From Candidatus Borrarchaeum weybense (GTDB lineage: Archaea; Asgardarchaeota; Sifarchaeia; Borrarchaeales; Borrarchaeaceae): DNA of 64,000 nt. The notes under the pieces were generated by a model. That model was not told where the DNA came from, did no database searches, and saw nothing but the letters and a program-made list of their open reading frames with translations. The stretch's first letter is position 1. Each line of letters opens with the position of its first letter. Shown in pieces: positions 9,827 to 19,218 of the stretch. The stretch lies in the NCBI GenBank assembly GCA_019057385.1, contig JAHQJS010000004.1, positions 773,062 to 837,061 on the forward strand. Reading direction: 5' to 3'. Made by a program: the position numbers and the translations under genes.

Positions 9827-10756
9827 TTAGATAAATGACAAAGACAAAGCATCATGTTTACAGGCGTTGACACACTCAAGACACAAAATACAGTTATCAT
9901 CGCGAACCTTTTCTAATTCTTCGCCTGCGCCGGTATCCAATAAACGTACACCCATTGGACATACCTTCATACAATCATCGCATTCTCCTTTCGGACATCG
10001 AATTGGATTTCTTTTAAGCGTTAAGAGACCATATTTTCCACAATATCCTAATATTCCACCTAGCGGACAGAAGTATCTGCACCATGCCCTAGGCACATAT
10101 ACTGAAACCAAAACAATGATTACAAGGACTGCGACACGAATCCAGAGAAGAACTGGCCAACCACCTAATTGATAAAGTTTTTCATAAGAGGGAGGAAGGA
10201 AAAATAGGATATTTGCAAAGAAATGCGGTAAAAAACTAAATAGCGTAGCAGCAGGATCAATCGGCGCAAAAGAATTATTTGCAAAAGGACCAAAAGCCCC
10301 TACTATCCCTGTACTACTTCTTTGTAGTCGTCTAATTCCAATAATAGTTGATATCAAAATTGTAGCAATTAAAATATAAAGTCTTATTTGTCTCAAGGAG
10401 TTGTCATTTTGCCGAGTTATCGGTTTGACATGCTTTTTAGGTCGAATATATGAAAGAAGGTCTTCAACAAATCCAAAAGGACACGCCCAAGCACAGGGTG
10501 TGCGACCTAAAAATACAGCCGTAAGTAAAATAATTCCTATTGCGAGTAAAGGAAAAATACCAAATGCAAGTGACGTCAAGAGGATGTCATAGGCCCCGGC
10601 AACCGTTGTATAAGGCGCTCCTGTTGGTTGTATAAAAGGAACGATTATTGCTGCGAAAGCCAAATCAAAAAGGACTCCAAATACTATAAGGAAGACACAC
10701 AGTTGAATTATTGATCGAAATAATCTCATTTTGTTTCTAATAAGCCATGGGTGCAT
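9827..10756 (-). CDS. NapH/MauN-type membrane polyferredoxin (4Fe-4S binding protein)
   Basis: GRTPCAWACPFG, RAWCRYFCPLG, CxxCxxVCP and CILCLECVNAC plus TM helices. Confidence 0.88.
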   Translation of the reverse strand: MHPWLIRNKMRLFRSIIQLCVFLIVFGVLFDLAFAAIIVPFIQPTGAPYTTVAGAYDILLTSLAFGIFPLLAIGIILLTAVFLGRTPCAWACPFGFVEDLLSYIRPKKHVKPITRQNDNSLRQIRLYILIATILISTIIGIRRLQRSSTGIVGAFGPFANNSFAPIDPAATLFSFLPHFFANILFFLPPSYEKLYQLGGWPVLLWIRVAVLVIIVLVSVYVPRAWCRYFCPLGGILGYCGKYGLLTLKRNPIRCPKGECDDCMKVCPMGVRLLDTGAGEELEKVRDDNCILCLECVNACKHDALSLSFI

Positions 10757-10910
10757 TAAAGTCGCGTCCTTTCAATAATTTTTTCGAAGTTAAAGAATAA
10801 TCCACTTATACACGGAAATTGCTATACAAATGAGAGCTATCACAGAGTTTAGTAAACACTCAATACGATACCTTTCTTCTATTAGCATTCCAGTTTTTCA
10901 TGATTTGAGA

Positions 10911-11240
10911 GGCAGTATTATCATAAAACCGTGAACTACTCCACCCTGACGGATGAAGTTTCCTGCGAGTCCTCCCAACCCTTGCGGGAAACTCTCGTTT
11001 TACGATCGGCTGTGTGTCGCAGATCATCCTCTTGTGAGGATGGCCTGTCCACCTGGCATTCTGTGATAGGAACCTTCAGTTCCAGCATCACATCATACGG
11101 GTTCGTCAAATGCTATTGTCCTTTTACCTTCGCAGTTAACCGCGCTGGTTAGCAACTGTACGAATCCTCGCTCACAGGGTCGCCTCTTCAATCATCCTAC
11201 CGGGAGTTTTGTATCCCTGCCTTCCTCTCGATATTCATCA
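10911..11240 (-). ncRNA. Candidate stand-alone TnpB omegaRNA-like structured RNA (scaffold plus flank-derived guide)
   Basis: TATA-like CTTTATAAAG at 11261-11270; hairpins at 11063-11091, 11025-11042, CCC-GCAA-GGG at 10979-10988 and 10939-10958; G-U pairing favours the minus strand. Confidence 0.5.
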
Positions 11241-11321
11241 CCACCCTTCTGGGCAAAACACTTTATAAAGCTAGCGGCTTTCATCCCCTACCTGACAGAA
11301 GGGAACTTTCCGCCGATAATG
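10931..11321 (-). mobile_element. Non-autonomous IS200/IS605-family element (MITE/PATE-like) with no protein ORF
   Basis: Minus strand shows TTTAAC, a left-end hairpin (TCCCTTCTGTCAGGTAGGGGATGA) and a right-end hairpin CTTCATCC-GTCA-GGGTGGAG-TAGTTCAC typical of tnpB-element ends; GC-richer than the flanks. Confidence 0.75.
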
Positions 11322-11485
11322 TTAAAAACATGATGTATATCTAAAGCACACTATTTCCTAACTAGAACACTTACGCTTATTTAGTCTTTTCAATTAATTT
11401 GAAAACGCAAAACCTGAGATTCTATTCGGAATTTGAGTTAAATGAGCGCTTAAACAACCTTAATTAACTTTGGGAAACACCAAAC

Positions 11486-12811
11486 ATGTCTTTAGATCTC
11501 AAATCAATATCAAATACACCTTTTTCTATCCCTGACTATCACCAGAATATTTCTATGGTAGTCCCTTCAGCTTTTAAATGTTTAGATCAAGATCTTGGAA
11601 GGCGTTCACTTTTTGATCTACCACAGACAAAACGGGTTTTGGAAGCTAACGAATGTATGGATGCTGAAACTGCTGTCGTCATTTTAGTGGATACTTTAGG
11701 TTTTACAAAACTACAAGAGATGTCAAATTGGCTTTTTCCTATTATTAAAAGTCATGGATTTCAATTATCTTCAACGTGTCCCACGATAACATCCACATGT
11801 TTAATGAGTGCTCATACTGGGCTAACTCCCTGCGAACATGGAATCGTTGGACACAAGATATACATTCCTGAGTACGATAACATAATAGATTTCCTTAAGA
11901 TGAGTCCGATTGACTTTAAAACGCGAGATAGCTTAATGAGCAGCGGAATTAACTTTCGAAAACTCGCTTGGAATCCTTCGCTTTATGATTTAATGAATCG
12001 TGATTTGGTTGCACATGTAGGTTTAATCCACCACAGAATTCTCGGCACAGGACTATCTAACTTGCTTGTAGATCCCAAAATACGGACTGACATTGGCTAT
12101 GCAAACATGATAGACTTATTCGCAAAAGCAAAGAAGATAATAAAGAATAAGACTAATAAGAAGATTCAGCAGCCAAAAATGCTCCTTAACATTTATATTG
12201 GATATTTGGATGAACTCTCTCATCTATACGGACCGAATAGTCAAGAATATCTTGCAGGTTTTCATTATTTTGAAATTAGACTTCGTGAATTTATTAATAC
12301 TTTAGAAAAAAATGGCTTGGGTGAAAAGACTACTCTTTTTCTTTTTTCTGATCATGGTCAAGTTCCGATAGATAAAATACTTGCTTTTACGAAGGATGAC
12401 ATCGAACAGTTAGGCAAATATCTTTCTTTTAGACCTGGAAGGAGTGGACGTGCAATCCATTTTTACATAAAATCAGAGTTTTTAGACGAGGCTAAAAACT
12501 TCCTTTCTAACTTCATTGGAGATAAAGGCGTTGTATATAATTTCTCAGATGTGGTAGACTTTCTAGGATGTCTCCCGTCTAATAATCACAACATAAAAAG
12601 ATTACAAGAACGATTTGGGGATCTAATAGTCTTCTTAAAAACTGGCTATCATCTAGACCTTCCAAAACCAACTAAAGAGAAAAAAATGGATTGGATTGAT
12701 AGACTAATGAGTCCCACAGTCAAGTTCGGTTCACACGGATCTCTAACGCTTGATGAATTAATTGTGCCTTGTCTAGCATCAAATGTATCTAAGATCGCCC
12801 AACAAATTTGA
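11486..12811 (+). CDS. Alkaline phosphatase superfamily, type I phosphodiesterase/nucleotide pyrophosphatase
   Basis: VILVDTLG, PTIT nucleophile, HGIVG, DELSH.YGP, SDHG, GSHGSL. Confidence 0.88.
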   Translation: MSLDLKSISNTPFSIPDYHQNISMVVPSAFKCLDQDLGRRSLFDLPQTKRVLEANECMDAETAVVILVDTLGFTKLQEMSNWLFPIIKSHGFQLSSTCPTITSTCLMSAHTGLTPCEHGIVGHKIYIPEYDNIIDFLKMSPIDFKTRDSLMSSGINFRKLAWNPSLYDLMNRDLVAHVGLIHHRILGTGLSNLLVDPKIRTDIGYANMIDLFAKAKKIIKNKTNKKIQQPKMLLNIYIGYLDELSHLYGPNSQEYLAGFHYFEIRLREFINTLEKNGLGEKTTLFLFSDHGQVPIDKILAFTKDDIEQLGKYLSFRPGRSGRAIHFYIKSEFLDEAKNFLSNFIGDKGVVYNFSDVVDFLGCLPSNNHNIKRLQERFGDLIVFLKTGYHLDLPKPTKEKKMDWIDRLMSPTVKFGSHGSLTLDELIVPCLASNVSKIAQQI

Positions 12812-12816
12812 AAATA

Positions 12817-13608
12817 CTATCTTTCTTTTGCCAAGATGGATTTTGCAACGTCAGCCATCTTAGAAAACATAGCTCCAGCAGCTTTCATATACTCGATAAG
12901 ACGCTCCAACAATCGAATTCGGTAAGCGTGACCACTACATGCGGGGTGGAGTGTAAGGTTAAAAACTCGGTAACCCTCTGGGATGTCTTCCATTTCTATT
13001 AGGGCATCAAACTGAGCTTTCCATATTTCAAAAACTGATGAAGGTGATGTTTGTTTCATTTCGAACAAAGGCCAGTCATCGAGAAACCATTCTACAGGGA
13101 ATTCAACTAACTTTCCGGCAATGTCTGAAAACTGCAAAACATAAGGTCGATCATCTGCCATCAGACTCGAATCATAAATATAGCCCATTTCCGTGATCAA
13201 CTGAAGTGTATTATGAGCCAGTCTCCAGTATGGGGCTCTAAATCCTTTTACTGAACCTGAACCTCCAATTTTTTCCAGAGCCTTGTGAGTCTTTTGAAGT
13301 GCATCTTTTTGCTCATAGACTGAGAGGGTATCAAAATTCTCATGTAGATAGCCATGTGCCGCAATTTCGTGATCGTGTGAAACGATTTCGCTCATAGTTT
13401 CTGGATATTGTTCTGCTGTCCATCCGCAGGTAAAAAAGGTCGCTTGAATCTCATGTTTTTCTAGGAGGGCAAGAATTCGGGATAAGCCTCTTTTGACGGC
13501 AAATTGCCCTTTCGAAACCCTAACAGCTTCTTCAAGCGCTCGGATTTGGACACTTTCCGCATCATAGTCAAAAGTCAAACATACAATAATATCTGTCATG
13601 TTGATCAC
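12817..13608 (-). CDS. Polysaccharide deacetylase (NodB/CE4, PuuE-like)
   Basis: LTFDYD, HEIAAHGYLH, GFRAPYW, YDSS, LTLHP. Confidence 0.9.
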   Translation of the reverse strand: MINMTDIIVCLTFDYDAESVQIRALEEAVRVSKGQFAVKRGLSRILALLEKHEIQATFFTCGWTAEQYPETMSEIVSHDHEIAAHGYLHENFDTLSVYEQKDALQKTHKALEKIGGSGSVKGFRAPYWRLAHNTLQLITEMGYIYDSSLMADDRPYVLQFSDIAGKLVEFPVEWFLDDWPLFEMKQTSPSSVFEIWKAQFDALIEMEDIPEGYRVFNLTLHPACSGHAYRIRLLERLIEYMKAAGAMFSKMADVAKSILAKER

Positions 13609-13653
13609 TTCCTAGCTAAAAAAAAGTTTATATGGTCCATTATTTTGAGACTA

Positions 13654-14187
13654 TTATTTTCGTTTGCGCTTTTTCTTCTTCCTTGTGCCAAATAATTCTA
13701 TTACAGACACATATGCAAGTCCTATTGCTCCAATACATATTCCTGCAGCCGCAATAATCAGAAATACAGGGTTTTCGGATGTTTCCCTCTCTGGAGATGT
13801 AATAATGGTAACACTAGATTGTCCGTAATGTGTATCTCCTCTGGCTTGGACTTCCGCTGTCAAACTCCACGTTCCTATTGCTAGTGAAGATGTGTTGAAT
13901 GTCGTTTTGTAAATACCAGTTTGAAGTTTTGCAAACATCGAAGATGTTACTTCAAACTCTCTTGAGAGTTGACTCAAAGTTAATTTAATTCTAGCGTTTC
14001 CGACCGGATCTCCATTATCAAAGACAGTTACATTGACCTCAAGCAAATCGCCTTTGACAACTTGATTTTGATAGGGGGTGACGGTGACTACAACGTCTGC
14101 ATGAGTTTCTTTAGGGTATATACTTAATGAGATCGTAAGCACAAACAAGATTGAAATTAAAATCATCAACTTCCTGTTTCGGTACAT
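13654..14187 (-). CDS. Secreted, C-terminally anchored Ig-like hypothetical protein
   Basis: Signal peptide, beta-rich domain, TM helix and Lys/Arg tail. Confidence 0.7.
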   Translation of the reverse strand: MYRNRKLMILISILFVLTISLSIYPKETHADVVVTVTPYQNQVVKGDLLEVNVTVFDNGDPVGNARIKLTLSQLSREFEVTSSMFAKLQTGIYKTTFNTSSLAIGTWSLTAEVQARGDTHYGQSSVTIITSPERETSENPVFLIIAAAGICIGAIGLAYVSVIELFGTRKKKKRKRK

Positions 14188-14336
14188 TTAAATTGGACCC
14201 CCGTTTTTTAACGACGGATAAATTTTGCTAATAAGACTTATAAAATCTGCTAAGTCTTTTTAAACTTATCATGTGAAGTGTATTTGCTTCATTTATAAGA
14301 AAAAAATACATTTGAGTTTTGAGGGAGGCGCTGGCC

Positions 14337-14888
14337 TTGAGTCAAACGATGAAACGTGTGAAAGAAGGAGTATTACAACTACTTGAAAATAGAAAATATA
14401 AAGTCGAATCGATCGAAGAGACCGAGTCAGAAATCGATATCCTTGCAAAAAAGAAAGAGGATAAAAAAGTCCTGAATTTTTTAGTACGCATTCCTAGCAA
14501 AAATGTTGTCGGTGTTGCATTAGTACGAGCATTAGATAAAGCAATGAAAAAACATGGTGTAGAGCAGGCGCTACTTGCAACTTTAGAAAGATATACGCCA
14601 GCCGCAAAAGCTGAATCAAAAAAGAAGAATATTGAATTACTTCCAACAAAGTATCCTATTTTTAATATTTTTGAACATGTTCTTGTTCCAAAACATGAAT
14701 TATTATCTGAAAAGGAAGCTAATGAAGTTTTAAAACACTATAATATTAGCAAACATCAACTTCCCGCAATTCAAGCCGCGGATCCCGCAGCAAAAGCTAT
14801 AGGGGCAAAACCTGGACGAATAGTAAAAATATATCGAGAAAGCCCTACTGCTGGTTTACATATCGTCTATCGAGTCGTTGTAGAATAG
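14337..14888 (+). CDS. rpo5: RNA polymerase subunit Rpo5/H with eukaryote-like RPB5 N-terminal (jaw) domain
   Basis: C-terminal HVLVPKHELL...QLPAI...DPAAKAIGAKPG.IVKIYRESPTAG...YRVV; ~105-aa N-terminal extension; TTG 14337 follows GGAGG. Confidence 0.92.
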   Translation: MSQTMKRVKEGVLQLLENRKYKVESIEETESEIDILAKKKEDKKVLNFLVRIPSKNVVGVALVRALDKAMKKHGVEQALLATLERYTPAAKAESKKKNIELLPTKYPIFNIFEHVLVPKHELLSEKEANEVLKHYNISKHQLPAIQAADPAAKAIGAKPGRIVKIYRESPTAGLHIVYRVVVE

Positions 14889-14943
14889 TCTTTTTTACAT
14901 TTCCGCGGATTATTGTTTTGTTGTTATTAGGAGGTGCGCATTA

Positions 14944-15882
14944 ATTCGCATTACGCTGTTAAGTGGAGGGACTGGTACTCCAAAATTACTGCAAGGTCTT
15001 GTAAGGCTTGTTTCTGAGGAAAATTTGACTATAATTTGTAATACTGCAGATGATTACTATTTTTATGGTCTTTATGTCTGCCCGGACATTGATTCTGTCC
15101 TCTACTGCCTAAAAAGTTTTTTAGATGAAGAAAAATGGTGGGGAATAAAAGGTGACACTTTTAATTGCCTTGATATGTTAAAACTGTATGGTTATGATCC
15201 TTGGTTTCAATTAGGGGATCGCGATCTCGCACTTCATATCCATAGGACGCGTTTATTGAAAGAAGGTCTTTCTTTATCTGAGATTATCAATGATGCCTGC
15301 ATGCGCTTGAATATAAAGCCTCATATAATTCCCATGACTGATCAGAAAGTCACAACAATGGTCTTTACTGACAAGGGTAAATTGAATTTTCAAGAGTTTT
15401 GGGTACGGGAACATGCAAATGTAAAGGTATTTTCGGTTGAATTTGAAGGAATTAAGAGAGCAGAACCAACCCAAGATGTAATTGATTCAATTATGGAAAG
15501 TGATGCCATAATTATCGGACCAAGTAATCCTGTTACCTCAATAGGACCTATTCTGGAAGTAAAAGGTATCAAAACAGCCTTAGAAAGGACACAAGGCATA
15601 AAAATCGCGATTTCTCCTATAATCGGAGAAAAACCATTGAGCGGTCCTGCTGGTCAACTCATGGAAACTCAAAACCTTAGTGTTTCTCCGTACGCTATTG
15701 CAAAGATTTATTCTAACTTCTTAGACGTTCTAATTATACATAGTACTGATACAGGATTGGTTCCTCAAATTGAAGAACTTGGAATATCTGTATTTTCTAC
15801 TAACATCATAATGAAGAGTCTTGATGATAAAATCACTCTAGCTCAAGAAATCCTTCGTTTAATTGAGGAAAAAACATGTTAA
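14944..15882 (+). CDS. cofD: 2-phospho-L-lactate transferase CofD (F420 biosynthesis)
   Basis: In-frame ITLLSGGTGTPKLL upstream of the ORF-track start, NTADD, CPDIDSVLY, GDRD, GPSNPVTSIGPIL, SGPA. Confidence 0.92.
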   Translation: MRITLLSGGTGTPKLLQGLVRLVSEENLTIICNTADDYYFYGLYVCPDIDSVLYCLKSFLDEEKWWGIKGDTFNCLDMLKLYGYDPWFQLGDRDLALHIHRTRLLKEGLSLSEIINDACMRLNIKPHIIPMTDQKVTTMVFTDKGKLNFQEFWVREHANVKVFSVEFEGIKRAEPTQDVIDSIMESDAIIIGPSNPVTSIGPILEVKGIKTALERTQGIKIAISPIIGEKPLSGPAGQLMETQNLSVSPYAIAKIYSNFLDVLIIHSTDTGLVPQIEELGISVFSTNIIMKSLDDKITLAQEILRLIEEKTC

Positions 15883-16649
15883 AATTGCAAAATCCTGCAA
15901 TACTATCCGCAATGGCGGGTGTTACTAATGGTGATTTTTGTGCACGAGTTGCGAAAGGTGGAGCTGGCATGATCACTCTTGGCGGATTTAATTTTGATAA
16001 GGCAACGCTTAGCGCAGCAAAACTTATCACAACTAGAGAAAGGCCAGAATTTATTATAGATCTTGAGGAACTGCCAGAATATACTGAACGTCAAGTTTCT
16101 ATTGCCCGTGAAGGAAAAACTCTCGTAAATATAAATATACGTGTTACCTCAAGAGATGGGTTACTTCTGGCAGCAAAAATATCACAGGATGCAGGTGCAG
16201 ATGCTATTGAACTAAATGCACATTGTAGACAACCGGAAATTATGGATCTAGGAACTGGACAGGCACTGCTAAAAAACTCCAAAAAATTGTGTCAGTGGAT
16301 TACAATCCTCAAAAATAATGTGAATATTCCCCTAATTGTTAAAATTCGGGCCAACATCGTCGATGAAGTGACTTTAGTGAAAAATATGGTTACAGCAGGT
16401 GCAGATGCTATTCATGTCGATGCAATGAAACCTGGATCTCCTTATGCTGATTTAGACGTTATAAAAAGGATATCCAACTCTATCGATACATATTTGATAG
16501 GTAATAATTCTGTAAAAGACATTAATTCAGCAATACAAATGCTGAACGCCGGTGCCGATGCATTTTCAATTGCTAGGGCTGCTATAAAAAATCCTGAAAT
16601 AGTTGGAAAAATTGGGAAGGCTACAATGAAACCTTACAATTATTTATAA
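15876..16649 (+). CDS. Dus-like FMN TIM-barrel protein (MJ0144 family)
   Basis: LSAMAGVT, ELNAHCRQ, IHVDAM, IGNNSV, FSIARA. Confidence 0.8.
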   Translation: MLKLQNPAILSAMAGVTNGDFCARVAKGGAGMITLGGFNFDKATLSAAKLITTRERPEFIIDLEELPEYTERQVSIAREGKTLVNINIRVTSRDGLLLAAKISQDAGADAIELNAHCRQPEIMDLGTGQALLKNSKKLCQWITILKNNVNIPLIVKIRANIVDEVTLVKNMVTAGADAIHVDAMKPGSPYADLDVIKRISNSIDTYLIGNNSVKDINSAIQMLNAGADAFSIARAAIKNPEIVGKIGKATMKPYNYL

Positions 16650-16823
16650 AATAGCGGAATAGTTGATGTAATTCCACGTTTTATTGCTGAAGACTTTTTC
16701 TAAAATTTTTAGACTCATTTGCGTCTTAGAGTAATCAATTGTTGTGAACGAACTACTACAGATCAAAAATCATTTTCTCTGAATATAATGTCAGTTTTTG
16801 AGAGGGAAAAAGATAAAAAAACG

Positions 16824-17324
16824 TTACATTCTCTTCAAATATGCTGGTACATCAAGTACTTCTATGTAGAATTCACATTCAGGATCCCCTTTTCCATAGC
16901 ACCTGATCTCGCGTACAAGACATCGTCTGTCTTTTAATCGTTCAATGACACCTGAAATGAGTCCCGTTTCAAAGCTGCATGCCGGCTTTCCTAGGTTTGG
17001 AAGACCTGCAGATGATAGGGTCTCCAGCAATATCAGATTTCCGATCCCTTTATCTGAATCAAATGTAAATGATTTTGTTCTTGCAATACTTTTCTTTTCC
17101 ATCCACTGCAAAAATTCTTCGAATTCCTTAAATTTTGTTCTCCTACCCAACGCCTTGCCACCAGCATAAGCCAGTGTTTTTGACGCATCCTCTCCAACGA
17201 CATCACGTAGGCTGAATAAACTTAATGCTCTAAATAGTCGAATATCTATTGTTGCGCCTAAATTAGGCCGGTCAACCCTGTCAAGTTCTGGCATTCTAAC
17301 CTTTTCCAATATTCCCAACTCCAA
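16824..17324 (-). CDS. V4R-domain protein
   Basis: LAYAGGKALG, CSFETGLISG, VREIRCYGKGDPECEF. Confidence 0.85.
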   Translation of the reverse strand: MELGILEKVRMPELDRVDRPNLGATIDIRLFRALSLFSLRDVVGEDASKTLAYAGGKALGRRTKFKEFEEFLQWMEKKSIARTKSFTFDSDKGIGNLILLETLSSAGLPNLGKPACSFETGLISGVIERLKDRRCLVREIRCYGKGDPECEFYIEVLDVPAYLKRM

Positions 17325-17363
17325 AAAGTGAGATAACCATTAGTCCTTATGTCATCTCACCTT
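17325..17363 (-). promoter_or_regulatory. 13-bp RNA hairpin between the leuB-like gene and the V4R gene
   Basis: AAGGUGAGAUGAC pairs with GUUAUCUCACUUU (two G-U pairs) on the minus strand and abuts the V4R TTG. Confidence 0.45.
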
Positions 17364-17391
17364 TCGACCTAGAAAAATCTTTTGGAAGAAA

Positions 17392-18417
17392 TTAAAATAT
17401 GGAAAGTAACTCTCTTATGAAGTCGTTAGTAGTATTTTTACCGCCAAGATCTGGAGTTCTAATGTTGGTTTCTTCATATATTTTTAAAATAGAGTTTTCT
17501 AGGTCTTTTGCTGCCTGTTTTGCATCACTTATTGAATATTTTTCACCTAGCCAATCTAGCATCATCGAGCAACTTAACAATATTGCAGTAGGATTCGCTA
17601 TACCTTTTCCTTCAATATCGAAAGCCGCACCATGGACTGGTTCAAACATAGCAATATCCTGTCCAAGGTTTGAAGAAGGAAGAATGCCCAAACTTCCAGT
17701 CACCCCTGCGGCTTCATCGCTTAGAATATCTCCAAACATGTTAGTAGTAACTAGGGTATCAAATTGTTGAGGATTGATCACTAGTTGGTATGCTGCGTTG
17801 TCTACATATATTTCGTTTATATCAATCTCACTATAATTCTTAGCAATTTCTAAGCAGACATTTCGAAAGAATACACAGCTTATCATCACATTAGCCTTAT
17901 GAACAATAGTTAGTTTTTTTCGCCTTTCCTTTGCCATTTTACAAGCAACAGTCATGATACGTTCAGTTGCTTCCTTTGTGATCATTCGAACATTAATTGC
18001 GCATTCTTTTGATATATCGTCTATTTTTTTATAGAGCCCCTCAGTATTTTCTCTAACAATTACCAAGTCAACTCCTGAATGAATACTCGGAATGCCAGGG
18101 ATAGTTTTTGCGGGCCTGATGTTTGCGAAGAGGTTGAGTTCTTGTCTAAGGGGCAAAACTACATATCTAGCTGTTTCACCAATCGGCGCTTTTAGGCAAC
18201 ATGAACACTTTTTAATCTCATCTATGGCATTACTGGGCAATGCATGACCAGTTTCCTTTAGAGCCCTGTCTCCTGCAAGTATCTCCTTAAACCGAAAGGA
18301 AAAACTATATTTATCTGATAATATCTCAAGCACTTTGCTTGTAGCAGTAGTTATCTCAGGTCCAATTCCATCCCCTGAAATAACGGCGATTTCAAATGTC
18401 TTTGTCATACTCATCAC
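17392..18417 (-). CDS. leuB: Isocitrate/isopropylmalate dehydrogenase family (3-isopropylmalate dehydrogenase-like)
   Basis: GDGIGPEI, RENTEGLY, HKANV, NMFGDILSDEA, FEPVHGAAFDI, ANP. Confidence 0.85.
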   Translation of the reverse strand: MMSMTKTFEIAVISGDGIGPEITTATSKVLEILSDKYSFSFRFKEILAGDRALKETGHALPSNAIDEIKKCSCCLKAPIGETARYVVLPLRQELNLFANIRPAKTIPGIPSIHSGVDLVIVRENTEGLYKKIDDISKECAINVRMITKEATERIMTVACKMAKERRKKLTIVHKANVMISCVFFRNVCLEIAKNYSEIDINEIYVDNAAYQLVINPQQFDTLVTTNMFGDILSDEAAGVTGSLGILPSSNLGQDIAMFEPVHGAAFDIEGKGIANPTAILLSCSMMLDWLGEKYSISDAKQAAKDLENSILKIYEETNIRTPDLGGKNTTNDFIRELLSIF

Positions 18418-18510
18418 ATTAAATGATGATAGCTTAAAAGTGGTAATGCAATCTTTATAAATGTATGTCTTTCATCGCTATTTAAATAAGATTAAAATTC
18501 ATAATGGCAT

Positions 18511-19179
18511 TTGACGTCTATAAGCTGTGATCTATTGAACATATATGCGCTTATTCCATTGAAAAAATTGGAGAATTCAAAAACTCGCATAAGCAATTTA
18601 TCTCTTGAATCTCGAAAAATGCTTACCAAAGCTATGCTAACTGATGTAGTTCAATCAACTTTAGAAGCAAAAAATATCACCGAAACTTTTGTGATGTCAC
18701 CAGATCAGGAGATAGTTACGCTTGCAGAGAAATTAGGTGCTAACACAATCCTTGAGGGAAAACAGCAAGGATTAAATATTGCTGTTTCTGAGGGGACACA
18801 CAAGTTAGAACAACAGGGCGCTGAGGGTGTGATTGTTATTCTTGGAGATTTACCTCTAATTACACCACGTCTTCTTGATCTTCTTATTAAAAAGGCAATA
18901 AGTCGTCCATGGGTGGTAATCGCGCCTTCAAAAGACAATGGTACCAATATTTTGCTAAGAACTCCTCCAGAAGTAATTCCACATGTTTATTATGGATCAA
19001 ATAGCAGCGTAATACATACCAGAATTGCTCGCTATTTTCATGTTTCTTATACCATATTTAATTCACCAAAATTGATGATTGATATTGATACTTCTCAAGA
19101 TCTTGCCCTTATCAAAAAATATGAAACCGAAAAACGGACGCATACATTTCAACTACTAAACCAACTTAAGCTTTTATAG
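18511..19179 (+). CDS. cofC: 2-phospho-L-lactate guanylyltransferase CofC
   Basis: ALIPLK...SKTR, AMLTDV, GLN.A, GDLPL, D.GTN, DIDT..DL. Confidence 0.9.
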   Translation: MTSISCDLLNIYALIPLKKLENSKTRISNLSLESRKMLTKAMLTDVVQSTLEAKNITETFVMSPDQEIVTLAEKLGANTILEGKQQGLNIAVSEGTHKLEQQGAEGVIVILGDLPLITPRLLDLLIKKAISRPWVVIAPSKDNGTNILLRTPPEVIPHVYYGSNSSVIHTRIARYFHVSYTIFNSPKLMIDIDTSQDLALIKKYETEKRTHTFQLLNQLKLL

Positions 19180-19218
19180 AACTTCAATTTTTTAAAAGAT
19201 ACCTTGGTGTGTCTAACT

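Noticed and set aside
10931-11152. 73-aa plus-strand ORF in the ORF track
   Set aside because: It lies inside the IS-like element, starts at the element end and is not protein-like.
10931-11321. RNase P RNA, SRP RNA or group I intron as the identity of the structured GC-rich segment
   Set aside because: No GAGGAAAGUCC, SRP helix-8 or P7/J8-7 motifs seen; the ends match IS200/605 hairpins.
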